From contig CAWEHK010000021.1 in NCBI GenBank assembly GCA_963808625.1, positions 96,001 through 160,000 on the forward strand: a stretch of DNA of 64,000 nucleotides. The letters are read 5' to 3'. The notes under the pieces are model-generated. The model ran no database searches. It worked only from the letters and a program-made list of their open reading frames with translations, and was not told where the DNA came from. How positions within the stretch are numbered: the stretch's first letter is position 1; every line of letters begins with the position of its first letter. Source of the stretch: an uncultured delta proteobacterium (GTDB taxonomy: Bacteria; Desulfobacterota; Syntrophobacteria; Syntrophobacterales; Syntrophobacteraceae). The translations under genes were made by a program, and so were the position numbers. This document shows positions 1 to 9,912 of this stretch, piece by piece.

Positions 1-1153
1 GGGAAAGCTCGTGGCGCACGGTCTGTGTTATATGATGGGCCTGGCGGTTGCCAATTCGGTCCTTGGAGTGGCAGCCTCTCTCACCGGCGGTCTCATGGGA
101 GGAATGCTCCAGAATCCCATTGTCCTTATTCTGGTAGCGGCGGTTCTGGTCTTTTTTGCAGCGAGCCTCTTCGGGCTGTGGGAAGTCCGTCTTCCGAGCG
201 GCCTTACGCAGGCTGCCGCAAAATCGTATACGGGCTACTTCGGAAGCCTCTTCATGGGGCTGACCCTCGGAGTGGTCGCAGCTCCCTGTATCGGTCCTTT
301 CGTGTTGGGGCTCCTCACCTGGGTTGCCAGCATGGGAAGCCCATGGCTCGGGTTTGTGATCTTTTTTACCTTGAGTCTGGGCCTGGGACTGCCGCTCTTC
401 CTCCTTGCCATGTTTTCGGGGCAACTGGAAAAACTCCCCCGCTCGGGAGGTTGGATGATCTGGGTGAGAAAGCTCATGGGCTGGGTCCTGGTCGCAATGG
501 CCGTCCATTTTATGAGGCCGGTTCTTCCCGGTCACTGGGGAACCATTCTGCTTGCCCTTGTCGCCCTGGCTGCAGGGTTGCACCTGGGGTGGATCGACAA
601 AAGCCAGGCCAACTTCCGTGCTTTCCCCTGGCTTAAGGGCGGAGCGGGGGTGGCATGCCTGGTTCTGGCCGCCTTCCTCCTCGCGTCATGGGCGATGCAA
701 GGCCCCGGCGTCACCTGGAAGCCCTACTCGGAGGAGACTCTGAAAGAGGCCCAAAACTTGAGGAAGCCGGTCATCATCGATTTCTATGCCACCTGGTGCA
801 CGCCATGCCGTGAGCTTGAGGAAGTCACGTTTCACGATGCCTCGGTCGTAAAGCTGGCCGAGAGCGACTTTATCATGGTCAAAGTGGATGTGACCAAAGG
901 CGGTAACCCCGTGCACGAACGCTTGCTGCAGCAATACGAGGTGAAGGGGGTCCCGACCATAGTGTTCCTGGATAGCAGCGGCAAGGAAAAGCGGGATCTG
1001 CGCCTGGTGGATTTCCTCCCGGCCGATCAGTTCCTTGGCCGCATGGCAGAGCTCAAGAAAGGCGCGCAGCTAAAGAAAAGGAGAAGAAGCGATGCTGAAG
1101 GTGAGATTTTTCCTGAACGAGCCCGGCGGCAAGCCCTGAAGGCATTTCGCTGA
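1..1153 (+). CDS. dsbD: Thiol:disulfide interchange protein DsbD-like (TM domain + C-terminal thioredoxin domain), 5'-truncated by the window
   Basis: Multi-TM region with AAPCIGP, LPRSGGWM motif, thioredoxin domain DFYATWCTPC...VKGVPTIVF. The last ~27 codons overlap the next gene; the true stop may be TAA 1071-1073 if there is an indel error. Confidence 0.88.
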   Translation, partial: GKLVAHGLCYMMGLAVANSVLGVAASLTGGLMGGMLQNPIVLILVAAVLVFFAASLFGLWEVRLPSGLTQAAAKSYTGYFGSLFMGLTLGVVAAPCIGPFVLGLLTWVASMGSPWLGFVIFFTLSLGLGLPLFLLAMFSGQLEKLPRSGGWMIWVRKLMGWVLVAMAVHFMRPVLPGHWGTILLALVALAAGLHLGWIDKSQANFRAFPWLKGGAGVACLVLAAFLLASWAMQGPGVTWKPYSEETLKEAQNLRKPVIIDFYATWCTPCRELEEVTFHDASVVKLAESDFIMVKVDVTKGGNPVHERLLQQYEVKGVPTIVFLDSSGKEKRDLRLVDFLPADQFLGRMAELKKGAQLKKRRRSDAEGEIFPERARRQALKAFR

Positions 1154-1430
1154 AATCATCCCCAGGCTGGGGAAAAAGTACCAGGTGGAAATCGAGACCA
1201 CATCCAAACCCAACCAGGAGTATCGTACCGAAGAATACGCCGGACTGGGGCTGCCGATGGCCCCGGCGATCATGGTCGGAGATGAGCTCATCGTGCAGGG
1301 CTGTGACGTGGATGAAGACAAGCTTGAGGCTGCCATCTGCCGGCATCTTGGGTTGCCTGAACCGGAACCGCGGAAGAAGGGGATCTTTGACAGGTTTCTC
1401 GGGAGGGGAATAAGCAAAGAGGGCAGGTGA
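1092..1430 (+). CDS. tsoC: Thioredoxin-like selenoprotein with NEPxGxxU motif (in-frame UGA at codon 16), 112 aa
   Basis: RBS AAGGAG at 1078-1083, ATG 1092, MLKVRFFLNEPGGKP-TGA(1137-1139)-RHFAEII... continuing in frame into ORF 1185..1430; hairpin TCCCC-AGGCT-GGGGA about 20-35 nt after the UGA; APAIMVGDELIVQG resembles the cis-Pro region of a Trx fold. The family name is recalled, not searched. Confidence 0.8.
1159..1173 (+). promoter_or_regulatory. Putative bacterial SECIS element (apical hairpin)
   Basis: UCCCC(A)-GGC-(U)GGGGA stem with G-led apical loop about 25 nt 3' of the in-frame UGA. Confidence 0.65.
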
Positions 1431-1506
1431 AAGAGGCTACCGATGATGGGCAGCGCCAACCAGGCGTGTACAAGAATCAATAGAGAACTCTAGAGAACTC
1501 TCCACC

Positions 1507-2684
1507 ATGGAAACTGTTCGTGCTCATGACGTGCATCACGCCCCATTACTGCGCCAGTTGTTCGGTTCTTTCCTGAGGATGGGGATCACTGCTTTCGGCG
1601 GTCCCGCCATGATCGCCTACATCAGGAAGATGGCCGTCGGCGAGAAGCAATGGCTTGACAGCGAATCCTTTCAGGACGGCGTGGCCCTGTGTCAGACGAT
1701 ACCAGGGGCGACTGCCATGCAGATGGCGGCTTATGTCGGGTTGAAAACGCGGGGTGTGCGCGGAGCGATCTCCTGTTACTCGGCTTTGGCCTTCCGGCGT
1801 TCCTTCTGATGCTGGGGCTGTCCTTTGCCTACTCTCAGACGCACGAGCTTCCGGCTGTCATTTCCGTTTTTAGCGGGCTTCAGGCTGTGATCGTAGCCGT
1901 CGTGGCCAACGCCACGTTGTCCTTCGGAAAGACCTCCGTCAAGAGCTGGAAGAGCGTGGTGATCGCCCTTGTTGCGGCAGGGCTTTTCTGGTTCATGGTA
2001 AACCCGGTGCTCATCATTTTTCTGGCCGCCCTCCTCGGAATGTTGCTGAACAGCAGGCAACCCGTCGCTCAGAGAGCTACGCATCCAACCCGCATGCGGC
2101 ACACAACCATCCCACTGCTGTTTTTTCTCTTCGCTTCCGCGGCGGGCCTTGCCCTGCTCTTTTTCTTTCGAAAGGAGCTCTTTCAGCTTGCCGTGCTCAT
2201 GTCCAAGATCGATCTCATCGCATTTGGCGGAGGGTTTGTCTCGGTGCCCCTCATGTTCCATGAAATCGTAGATGCCCGCTCCTGGATGGATGGTCCGACT
2301 TTTCTCAATGGGATCGTTCTCGGCCAGTTTACTCCCGGCCCCATTGTGATCACGGCAACTTTTGTGGGCTACCTGGTCTATGGCCTTCCCGGCGCCCTCG
2401 TTGCCACCGTGGCCATCTTTCTTCCGTCGTTTCTCATCCTGGTAGGCGTCGCCCCCTGGTTTGACCGGGTGCGCTCATCGCCATGGTTCACCAGGGCTAT
2501 CGACGGTATCCTTTGCTCCTTTGTGGGGCTCCTCTTGACCGTCACCATCCGCTTTGCTTTGAACGTCCACTGGGACTGGCCTCACCTGGCTCTCGCGGCG
2601 GCGGCCTTCGCCGCTCTGATTTTCAAGCTGGATATCCTCTGGGTAGTTCTTGGGGGAACCGCGATTTCGGCATTTGTCTTTTAG
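1507..2684 (+). CDS. chrA: Chromate efflux transporter (CHR family), one frameshift near 1780
   Basis: Two CHR halves: GITAFGGP...CQTIPGA and IAFGGG...GQFTPGPIVITATFVGY; split over ORFs 1507..1809 and 1689..2684. Confidence 0.9.
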
Positions 2685-2709
2685 ACGTATTTTCAGCAGG
2701 AAGTGAGCT

Positions 2710-2844
2710 ATGTGGATTGTCCAACTTGCCTTACGCCGGCCCTACACCTTCGTGGTGGCGGCGCTGGTGTTCTTGCTGCTGACTCCTTTCGTGCTGCTGC
2801 GTAAGCCAACGGATATCTTCCCGGAGATCGACATCCTCAAATAA
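2710..2844 (+). pseudogene. 5' remnant (44 codons) of an RND efflux permease (AcrB/CusA family)
   Basis: Manual translation MWIVQLALRRPYTFVVAALVFLLLTPFVLLRKPTDIFPEIDILK* has the typical RND N-terminus and stops where the convergent PAP2 gene ends. Confidence 0.75.
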
Positions 2845-3433
2845 ATCGGATGAGCAAGCTGACCCATAACAAGCCGATGAGATAGGATAACCCCACATCG
2901 CTTGGCCAGTGAGCCGCCAGGTCGACCCGGGCAACCCAGCCCACGATAAGAAGAGAGGTGCAGACGAGCAATGCTGCCCATCGCAGCTTTCCGGATGTTT
3001 TGAAGGCTGAAAGAACAGCGAGGAAGCCAACCGTTGATGCATAATTGAGAGCAAAAATGGATGGGAATGCGAAGCCTGAAAAAGAGCCTGCAACATGAAC
3101 CAGTTCCGGAGAGGGGCGAGGCCGGGCAATAACCGGACCCAGCCACTCTCCCAGCAACCACAAACCCATGAAGCTCGCAAGAGAAAGCAAGGCTGCACGC
3201 CGACCGGCAAGGAGCCAGGAAAGGCAAAACGTAACCGCCATCAGAATCAGGACCCAGGGCATCCCCCCTGTCAATGACAGCAATTGAGCCCAGCGTTTGG
3301 ATTCGGGCAGCAGAGACTGCACCAGCCGGGTGCCACTCACATCACCGGGAAGATAGGGAACATACTTGAGGGCAATCGTGAGCGAAACTGCCAAAATGAA
3401 TAGAGCCAGCCACACCAGATCTTTCGTTCTCAT
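2837..3433 (-). CDS. PAP2-family membrane phosphatase
   Basis: ARPRP, FAFPS and ARVDLAAHWPSDV motifs; RBS GAAGGAG before ATG 3433. Confidence 0.85.
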   Translation of the reverse strand: MRTKDLVWLALFILAVSLTIALKYVPYLPGDVSGTRLVQSLLPESKRWAQLLSLTGGMPWVLILMAVTFCLSWLLAGRRAALLSLASFMGLWLLGEWLGPVIARPRPSPELVHVAGSFSGFAFPSIFALNYASTVGFLAVLSAFKTSGKLRWAALLVCTSLLIVGWVARVDLAAHWPSDVGLSYLIGLLWVSLLIRFI

Positions 3434-3523
3434 TGGTGACTCCTTCAATACGATAGTGAAGGTCGAGCCTCACGATCGAGACAGCCAAAAGGGCGGAGGA
3501 GCTTGGAGCTGATCAGTACTGCG

Positions 3524-3700
3524 TCAAACCCAGCGAAGTCGATGAGCTCGAACAAAGGGTGACCTCATACCGGGATTCTCGATTTCGATCCGGTCATCGA
3601 GCAACGAGGTCCGGATGGGTGCGCCCTTCTGGGAATAGTCCGCGTGAACCAACGCATTGACCACGGCTTCGCGCAGGATGGTCAGCGGAATGCTCCACAC
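3524..3700 (-). pseudogene. Internal fragment of an AlbA_2/HATPase_c_4 ATP-binding regulator
   Basis: Manual translation VWSIPLTILREAVVNALVHADYSQKGAPIRTSLLDDRIEIENPG shows the REAxxNAxxHxDY...DRIEIxNPG signature. Confidence 0.7.
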
Positions 3701-3771
3701 GGCTCGGCAAACTATTCAAGTCGTTCAAGGGTGAGAGCACAGGGAGTGAAATAGTCGGTAAAGATCGAGCT

Positions 3772-4167
3772 TCACGCCGGTTGCGTGACGTTCATGGCCA
3801 TCAGTTTTTTGCTGTTTTCGAAGATGACTTCCATCTTCCGATTTGAAATGACCTTGATCACCACCCCCAGGCCAAAAAGAGGATGATGGATCAAACTGCC
3901 TTCCCGATAGGTGTCGGACAAGTGGTAGGTCGGGACGCCCTCGCGGCTTGCTTCCATGAGCAGCTGGCGCCAGTCGTCGTCGGTTTTCGGCCGTGATACA
4001 CCCTTATAAAGGACGGAAGGAACAAGGTCTTCCTCCTCATCTCCTTCGTCGATCAAGAGGTCCTCGTCAGCAGTAAAATCGAGCTCATCCTGCTGATCAA
4101 ATTCCAGCCCCCCATCATCATCAAATTCTTCGATAATAGGGTCATCTCCGATGCTTTTCTTCACCAT
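3772..4167 (-). CDS. Hypothetical protein with acidic N-terminus and C-terminal Tudor-like motif (HPLFGLGVV)
   Basis: 131-aa ORF with RBS GGAG; motif YREGSLIHHPLFGLGVVIKV. Confidence 0.75.
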   Translation of the reverse strand: MVKKSIGDDPIIEEFDDDGGLEFDQQDELDFTADEDLLIDEGDEEEDLVPSVLYKGVSRPKTDDDWRQLLMEASREGVPTYHLSDTYREGSLIHHPLFGLGVVIKVISNRKMEVIFENSKKLMAMNVTQPA

Positions 4168-4318
4168 AATTCATCTCCACTCTTTTTTTCTTCATTTTGA
4201 CAAGGGTTTCGTGTATTAGAAGTCGGCGCGAAGGTCAAGACTTTTCGATCATTCAGATTTTGCGGACCGCTATGCCATCGCCGACCGCCACCTGCATAGG
4301 TGGCTGGAACCAAACACA

Positions 4319-5248
4319 ATGTTTCATATCCTTATAGACACGATTCTTCCCATTTTCAGTCTTATCCTCGTCGGTTTGTTCCTCCACCTGAAAGGCGTCA
4401 TCGATCCCCCCTTTGCCAAAACCGCTAACCAGATAGTCTACAACGTGGCGATTCCGGCGATGCTCTTTACGGAAATTTCGCAGGCCCCCTTTCGCGCCAA
4501 TTTCAGTTTCGAAGCCGTGGCGTGTATCCTTGCTGCGCTGGGAACCATTGTCCTTATTGGCCTGGTCCTCACCTGGGCGCTGCGGATTCCGGGATCTCGT
4601 CGCGGGACCTTCCTTCACAGCAGCTTTCACGGAAACATCGGCTACATGTCTTATGCTATTGCCTACTATGCTCTCGGGGAAAGTCACTTTGCGCGGATGG
4701 CCATCCTCGGCAGTTTTCTCATGCTGGCTCAGAATATTCTGGCGGTGTGGGCGCTTGCCAGTTTCAGCAACAATCCTCCTCGGGAGAATCAGAAATGGGT
4801 GCTCGGAAAGCTCATTTTCCAGAACCCGATTATTCTGACGGTTGCAGTCGGTATCGGCTATTCAGCATTGGCTTTGCCGCTGCCTCTCCCCGTCAAAAAA
4901 AGTCTTGAAATCCTTTCCGGGATGGCCTTTCCGACAGCGCTCCTGCTGGTTGGAGCAAGTCTGTCGTTTGGGGCCTTTCGACTGATGATCAAAGAGCTCA
5001 TCGGCATCGGGCTGCTCAAGCTGGTGGGGCTGCCGCTCCTTGGTTATGCCCTCATGAGCTGGCGCCACCTTCCACCCGCCCTGGTGCTGCCGGCGATCAT
5101 CCTGCTGGCGGCCCCCCCTGCGACCGTGACTTACGTCATGGCCACAGAACTTGGTGGTGACCCCGAGTTGGCCGCGACCAGCATCTCCTTCCACACCCTG
5201 CTTTCGGCCTTCACCTACACGATCATTCTCGCAGCCTTCTCGGCATAA
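4319..5248 (+). CDS. AEC (auxin efflux carrier) family transporter
   Basis: About 10 TM segments; VAIPAMLF, GNIGYM, NPII, AAPPA...YVMATELGGD motifs. Confidence 0.88.
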   Translation: MFHILIDTILPIFSLILVGLFLHLKGVIDPPFAKTANQIVYNVAIPAMLFTEISQAPFRANFSFEAVACILAALGTIVLIGLVLTWALRIPGSRRGTFLHSSFHGNIGYMSYAIAYYALGESHFARMAILGSFLMLAQNILAVWALASFSNNPPRENQKWVLGKLIFQNPIILTVAVGIGYSALALPLPLPVKKSLEILSGMAFPTALLLVGASLSFGAFRLMIKELIGIGLLKLVGLPLLGYALMSWRHLPPALVLPAIILLAAPPATVTYVMATELGGDPELAATSISFHTLLSAFTYTIILAAFSA

Positions 5249-5297
5249 CTGTACTTGTTTATGCTGCGAATCTTCATTCTCTTGGACTGAGGAATTA

Positions 5298-5374
5298 ACC
5301 GCAGAGCTCGCTGAGATCGCAGAGAAACCTGTTTAAGAGCGAACTCTCTCTGCGCACTCTGCGGTCTCCGCGGT
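5298..5374. repeat. REP-like inverted repeat (ACCGCAGAG...CTCTGCGGTCTCCGCGGT); half copy at about 14548-14577
   Basis: Imperfect inverted repeat between convergent genes; related arm upstream of leuS. Confidence 0.6.
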
Positions 5375-5420
5375 GAAAAAAGAAACATTTCATCCTTAAC
5401 GGGCATAACGGTGGCGGGAA

Positions 5421-6821
5421 TCAGGCCTCATCTTCCGAAGCCAGGCCGTATTTGATCAGGCGGTAGCGGAAGGAGCGGAAACTTATGCCGAGGAGCTCGG
5501 CCGCCTTGAGCTTCACGCCCTGGGCCTGCTGCAAACCTTGTTGAAGCAATCGCTTCTCGATATCGGCAAGGTGTTCGTCGAGATCAAAACCGCGGTGGGG
5601 AAGGGTCGTGGGCGCGGCGCCGGGAGCCTGGTTTTGGGCTCTCCGGTAAGTTGAGAGCGTGAGACTGTCCGGCAGGATGATGCTCGATGATTCCATGGCG
5701 ACGCCTCTTTCGATGATATGCTCGAGCTCTCTCACATTTCCGGGGAAATCATAATCATTCAAGATATCCATAGCGTAGGAGGAAATTTTGCGAATGTCCT
5801 TATTGAAATTTTTACGAAACTTGGACAGGAAGTACTGAGCGAGAAGCGGGATATCCTCGCGCCGCTCTCTCAGGGGAGGAATCCGGATGGGGAGCACATT
5901 CAGACGATAGTAAAGGTCTTCGCGAAAGGTCTTTTCAATGACCATCTTTTCCAGGTTCTGATTGGTGGCCGAGACAATCCTTACGTCGACCGGGATATCT
6001 TCCGTGTCACCGATCTGCCTGATGGTCTTTTCCTGAACCAGCCGCAGCAGCTTTACCTGCAGGCCGGGAGAGAGCTCGCCAATCTCATCAAGAAAAAGGG
6101 TCCCGCCCTGAGCGGCCTCGACCAGCCCTTTACGATTGGCGGTAGCACCCGTAAAGGACCCTTTTTTATAACCGAACAGCTCGCTCTCAATGAGGGACTC
6201 AGGCACGCCACCGCAGTTCACGACCACAAAAGGGAGCTCGCTTCGCGGACTTTCCCGATGGATCGCCTTTGCCACCAGTTCTTTTCCCGTACCGCTTTCG
6301 CCCGTGATGAGAACATTGCTGCTGGTGACCGCTACCCGCTTAATGAGGTCATAGATCTTGCGCATTGCAGCACTGTCGCCGATGAGACAGCCGTAGTACA
6401 GTGGTCCTTCCCGGATTTCGCGCGCGGGCTCCTCGTCTCTCCTGCTGAGCAGGGCGTTGGCGATTGCCGTCCGCATTTCGTCAATCTTGAATGGTTTAGG
6501 AAGGTAGTCGTAAGCCCCCTCTTTCATCGCCACCACCGCTGTTTCGGCGCTGGCATAGGCCGAGATGATGATGACCGCGGTGCTGGGTGAGATGGTTTTG
6601 CACTGTCTCAGGACCTCAAGGCCATCAATGGGTTTCATCCGGATGTCCGTAATGAGGAGATCGAATTTTTCCCGCTGCAGGGCTTGCAGTGCTTCCTCTC
6701 CGCTTTCAGCACAGCCTACCTGGTAGCCATCCTTCTCGAGCATCATTTCGAGAAACTCCCGCATGCTCTTTTCATCATCGACTACCAAAATTTTTTCTGA
6801 CTCTGCTTGCTGTGCATTCAT
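5421..6821 (-). CDS. Sigma-54-dependent response regulator (NtrC/PilR-like: REC-AAA+-HTH)
   Basis: REC domain, GESGTGKE, ESELFG...GSFTGA, FLDEIGE, FREDLYYRLNV, Fis-type HTH. Confidence 0.93.
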   Translation of the reverse strand: MNAQQAESEKILVVDDEKSMREFLEMMLEKDGYQVGCAESGEEALQALQREKFDLLITDIRMKPIDGLEVLRQCKTISPSTAVIIISAYASAETAVVAMKEGAYDYLPKPFKIDEMRTAIANALLSRRDEEPAREIREGPLYYGCLIGDSAAMRKIYDLIKRVAVTSSNVLITGESGTGKELVAKAIHRESPRSELPFVVVNCGGVPESLIESELFGYKKGSFTGATANRKGLVEAAQGGTLFLDEIGELSPGLQVKLLRLVQEKTIRQIGDTEDIPVDVRIVSATNQNLEKMVIEKTFREDLYYRLNVLPIRIPPLRERREDIPLLAQYFLSKFRKNFNKDIRKISSYAMDILNDYDFPGNVRELEHIIERGVAMESSSIILPDSLTLSTYRRAQNQAPGAAPTTLPHRGFDLDEHLADIEKRLLQQGLQQAQGVKLKAAELLGISFRSFRYRLIKYGLASEDEA

Positions 6822-6870
6822 AGTTGTTTAGGCAGAAAGAGAGAGTTTATCTGAGTCGAAAGGCGATCCG

Positions 6871-8175
6871 TCATCGGCTAAACGCGACCCGTCCGTCGAC
6901 GATGGTCATGATCACACGTCCTTGCATGTGGTGACCGTGAAAGGGGCAGTTACGGCTCTTGGAGCGAAAGGTGCTGCAGTCCAGGACATAGGTTTCTTCG
7001 GGATCAATGATGGTCAGATCGGCCGGCGTACCGGGCGGCATGGCACCAAGAGGCACACCAAGAATGGCGGCCGGATTACAGGTCACCGTGGCGATCGCTT
7101 CCATGGGGCTCAACACGCCTTCTCGAACAAGGCCTAAAATTAGCGGGACCGCAGATTCGAGGCCAATCATCCCGTTCGCCGCAAACTCAAATTCCGTATC
7201 CTTTTCGAGAGCGGTGTGCGGGGCATGATCGGTGGCAATCGCATCCAGCGTACCGTCAGCCAGCCCCTCTTTGATGGCCTCAACATCTCCGGCACGGCGA
7301 AGCGGCGGATTGACCTTGTAAACCGTATCGAAGGTCATGACGGCATCATCCGTAAGAGAGAAATACTGCGGGGCCGTTTCTCCCGTAACGCGAACACCGC
7401 GTTGCTTGGCCTGGCGAATCAACTGCACGGACCCTGCCGTGCTGACATGAGCAATGTGGAGGCGACTTTGAGTCAATTCCGCGAGCAGCAGATCACGGGC
7501 GACCATCGCCTCTTCGGCGGCGTTGGGAATGCCCCGAAGCCCGAGCATCGTGGATACCGGCCCTTCATTCATCAGGCCTCCGCGGGAGAGGTTGAGGTCC
7601 TCGGCGTGGCTGATCACGGGCAGGTCAAAAATCCTTGCGTACTCGAGCGCTCTGCGCATCAGCATGCTGTTCATCACCGGGCGCCCATCGTCGGAAACGG
7701 CGACCGCTCCTGATTCCCGCAACTCTCCGAATTCGGCCAGGTGCTCTCCGGCGAGCCCCCTGCTGATTGCCCCCACGGGGAAGACCCGGCAGGACCCCTG
7801 CTCGCGGGCCCGTTCCATGATAAATTCCGTAACTGCGGCGCAGTCGTTCACCGGGTGCGTGTTGGGCATGCAGGCAACAGCGACATACCCGCCGGCAGTC
7901 GCCGACGCGGTGCCCGATGCGATGGTTTCTTTATATTCCTCGCCGGGCTCGCGCAAATGAACGTGCATATCAAGCAAGCCAGGAACAATCCATTTGCCGC
8001 TGAGATCTATTTCCTGCACCGCTGACGCCCAATCCGCGGATATCTCGAGGCGCGCCCCGATCTCCATCAACCGGCCGTCAACGATCAGGACGTCAGCCTT
8101 GCCATCCATTCCCTGGGCGGGATCGATGATGCGCGCGTTACGCAAAAGTAGATTCGCGGCCTTTCCCCTCTCCAT
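6871..8175 (-). CDS. pyrC: Dihydroorotase
   Basis: DMHVHLREPG, CMPNT, KVNPPLR, IATDHAPH. Confidence 0.95.
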   Translation of the reverse strand: MERGKAANLLLRNARIIDPAQGMDGKADVLIVDGRLMEIGARLEISADWASAVQEIDLSGKWIVPGLLDMHVHLREPGEEYKETIASGTASATAGGYVAVACMPNTHPVNDCAAVTEFIMERAREQGSCRVFPVGAISRGLAGEHLAEFGELRESGAVAVSDDGRPVMNSMLMRRALEYARIFDLPVISHAEDLNLSRGGLMNEGPVSTMLGLRGIPNAAEEAMVARDLLLAELTQSRLHIAHVSTAGSVQLIRQAKQRGVRVTGETAPQYFSLTDDAVMTFDTVYKVNPPLRRAGDVEAIKEGLADGTLDAIATDHAPHTALEKDTEFEFAANGMIGLESAVPLILGLVREGVLSPMEAIATVTCNPAAILGVPLGAMPPGTPADLTIIDPEETYVLDCSTFRSKSRNCPFHGHHMQGRVIMTIVDGRVAFSR

Positions 8176-8240
8176 CAGTCGTGCTCCCTGGGTCCTGACT
8201 CATCCGTCGCGGTTCTCTTCGCGTCTCGAGTCGTCAAATT

Positions 8241-9158
8241 TTACCTCTGAGCCAAAAGGTAAAGCAGTGCCATACGCACGGCAACGCCATTGGTCACCTG
8301 ATCCAAAATGAGCGAATGAGGCCCATCAGCTACCTCGGGACTGATTTCAACCCCCCGGTTGATCGGTCCCGGATGCATGATCACCACATCTTTTTTGGCC
8401 TTCTTGAGTTTTTCCGCGTCCAATCCGTAATAGGTCGCGTATTCGCGCAGAGAGGGGAGGAGCATCTGCTGCTGACGTTCTGTCTGCAACCGAAGCATCA
8501 TGATCACATCGGCTTCCGGAACCGCCTCTCGGAGATGCAGCGAAACCGCTGCCCCCATCGCTTCCAGCCCGGGCGGGATAAGCGTTGCCGGACCACAGGC
8601 GATAACGCGGGCCCCCATCCTGGTCAGGCCCCAAATATTGGAGCGGGCGACGCGGCTGTGGGTGATGTCGCCGACAATAAGCACCGTCAAGCCGTCCAGG
8701 TTGCTTTTGTGCTCCCTTATGGTCATCATATCCAGGAGTGCCTGGGTGGGATGTTCGTGGCACCCGTCGCCGGCATTGACGACGGACGCCGTGGTGTGTT
8801 GTGCAAGACGCTGCAGCGTGCCCGAGGCCGAGTGGCGAATGATGAAAATATCCGGTTTCATCGCTTCGAGGTTCTTGAGGGTATCGAGGGTCGTCTCACC
8901 TTTGACGATGGAACTGGTTGATGCCGTTATGCTGTAAGTGTCGGCACTCAGGCGTTTGGCGGCAATATCAAACGAAGTCCTGGTGCGCGTGCTCGGTTCG
9001 TAGAACAGGTGGATCACCGTCTTGCCGCGCAGCGTGGGTACTTTCTTGATGGTCCTGGTGTTGATTTCTTTGAGGGAAGAAGCCACCTCCAGGATATGCT
9101 CGATTTCATGCACTTCAAGATCGCGAATGCCCAAAAGGTCCTTTCGCTTAAACGGCAT
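8241..9158 (-). CDS. pyrB: Aspartate carbamoyltransferase catalytic subunit
   Basis: [37 protein letters not shown]. Confidence 0.97.
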   Translation of the reverse strand: MPFKRKDLLGIRDLEVHEIEHILEVASSLKEINTRTIKKVPTLRGKTVIHLFYEPSTRTRTSFDIAAKRLSADTYSITASTSSIVKGETTLDTLKNLEAMKPDIFIIRHSASGTLQRLAQHTTASVVNAGDGCHEHPTQALLDMMTIREHKSNLDGLTVLIVGDITHSRVARSNIWGLTRMGARVIACGPATLIPPGLEAMGAAVSLHLREAVPEADVIMMLRLQTERQQQMLLPSLREYATYYGLDAEKLKKAKKDVVIMHPGPINRGVEISPEVADGPHSLILDQVTNGVAVRMALLYLLAQR

Positions 9159-9307
9159 GGGATTCCTCGTCGTTTGGTTGGAAAAAGAACTTCACTAATC
9201 GAAATAATCTAACATGAAATCGGCCAAAACTACCAGGAAAATTCCCACACCGGGGTGCTTGCCGTGCCCAATTGCTCGGGTGCATGGGCTCAAATGCCTC
9301 ACAGACC

Positions 9308-9335
9308 TTGACAGAAACGCTGAATATCATACAAT
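9308..9335 (+). promoter_or_regulatory. Putative sigma70 promoter of greA
   Basis: TTGACA-16 nt-TACAAT. Confidence 0.6.
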
Positions 9336-9368
9336 GGAAAAAGTTAGACTGAACGAAAGGGGTGCTGG

Positions 9369-9839
9369 ATGCAGAGGAATCCAATTACTAAAGAAGGCTT
9401 TGAACGCCTCAAAAACGAACTGCAGCGTCTGCAGAAGGAAGAGCGACCGGAGGTCATTCGAGCCATCGAAGAGGCTCGTGCTCATGGGGATATTTCGGAA
9501 AATGCGGAATTCGAGGCGGCGAAAGATAAACAGGGACTGCTCGAAGGCCGGATCATGGACTTGACACAAAAGCTCGGACGTTGTGAGATTATTGAGCCTT
9601 CCGTGGAGGAAAACGGGCGCATCACGTTCGGCAGCACGGTTGTCATGGAAGATCTCGAAACCGGAGAAATCACTTCTTACCGACTGGTGGGTCCTTACGA
9701 GGCTGATGTTCAGGCCGGGACCATATCGGTGACATCCCCTCTGGGAAAGGCTTTAATCGGCAAAGAAGAGGGTGAAGAGGTGCGGGTCCAGACGCCAAAA
9801 GGAATCCGGAACGTGGAGATTCTTGAGATTCAGCACTGA
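9369..9839 (+). CDS. greA: Transcription elongation factor GreA
   Basis: AHGDISENAEF, ISVTSPLGKALIGK. Confidence 0.96.
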   Translation: MQRNPITKEGFERLKNELQRLQKEERPEVIRAIEEARAHGDISENAEFEAAKDKQGLLEGRIMDLTQKLGRCEIIEPSVEENGRITFGSTVVMEDLETGEITSYRLVGPYEADVQAGTISVTSPLGKALIGKEEGEEVRVQTPKGIRNVEILEIQH

Positions 9840-9912
9840 GGTCCTCGACCGCTCAGGCTAAAATCAACTTGACACATCGAGCGGTCGAGGAAATATAAAA
9901 GATCTTTTTACC

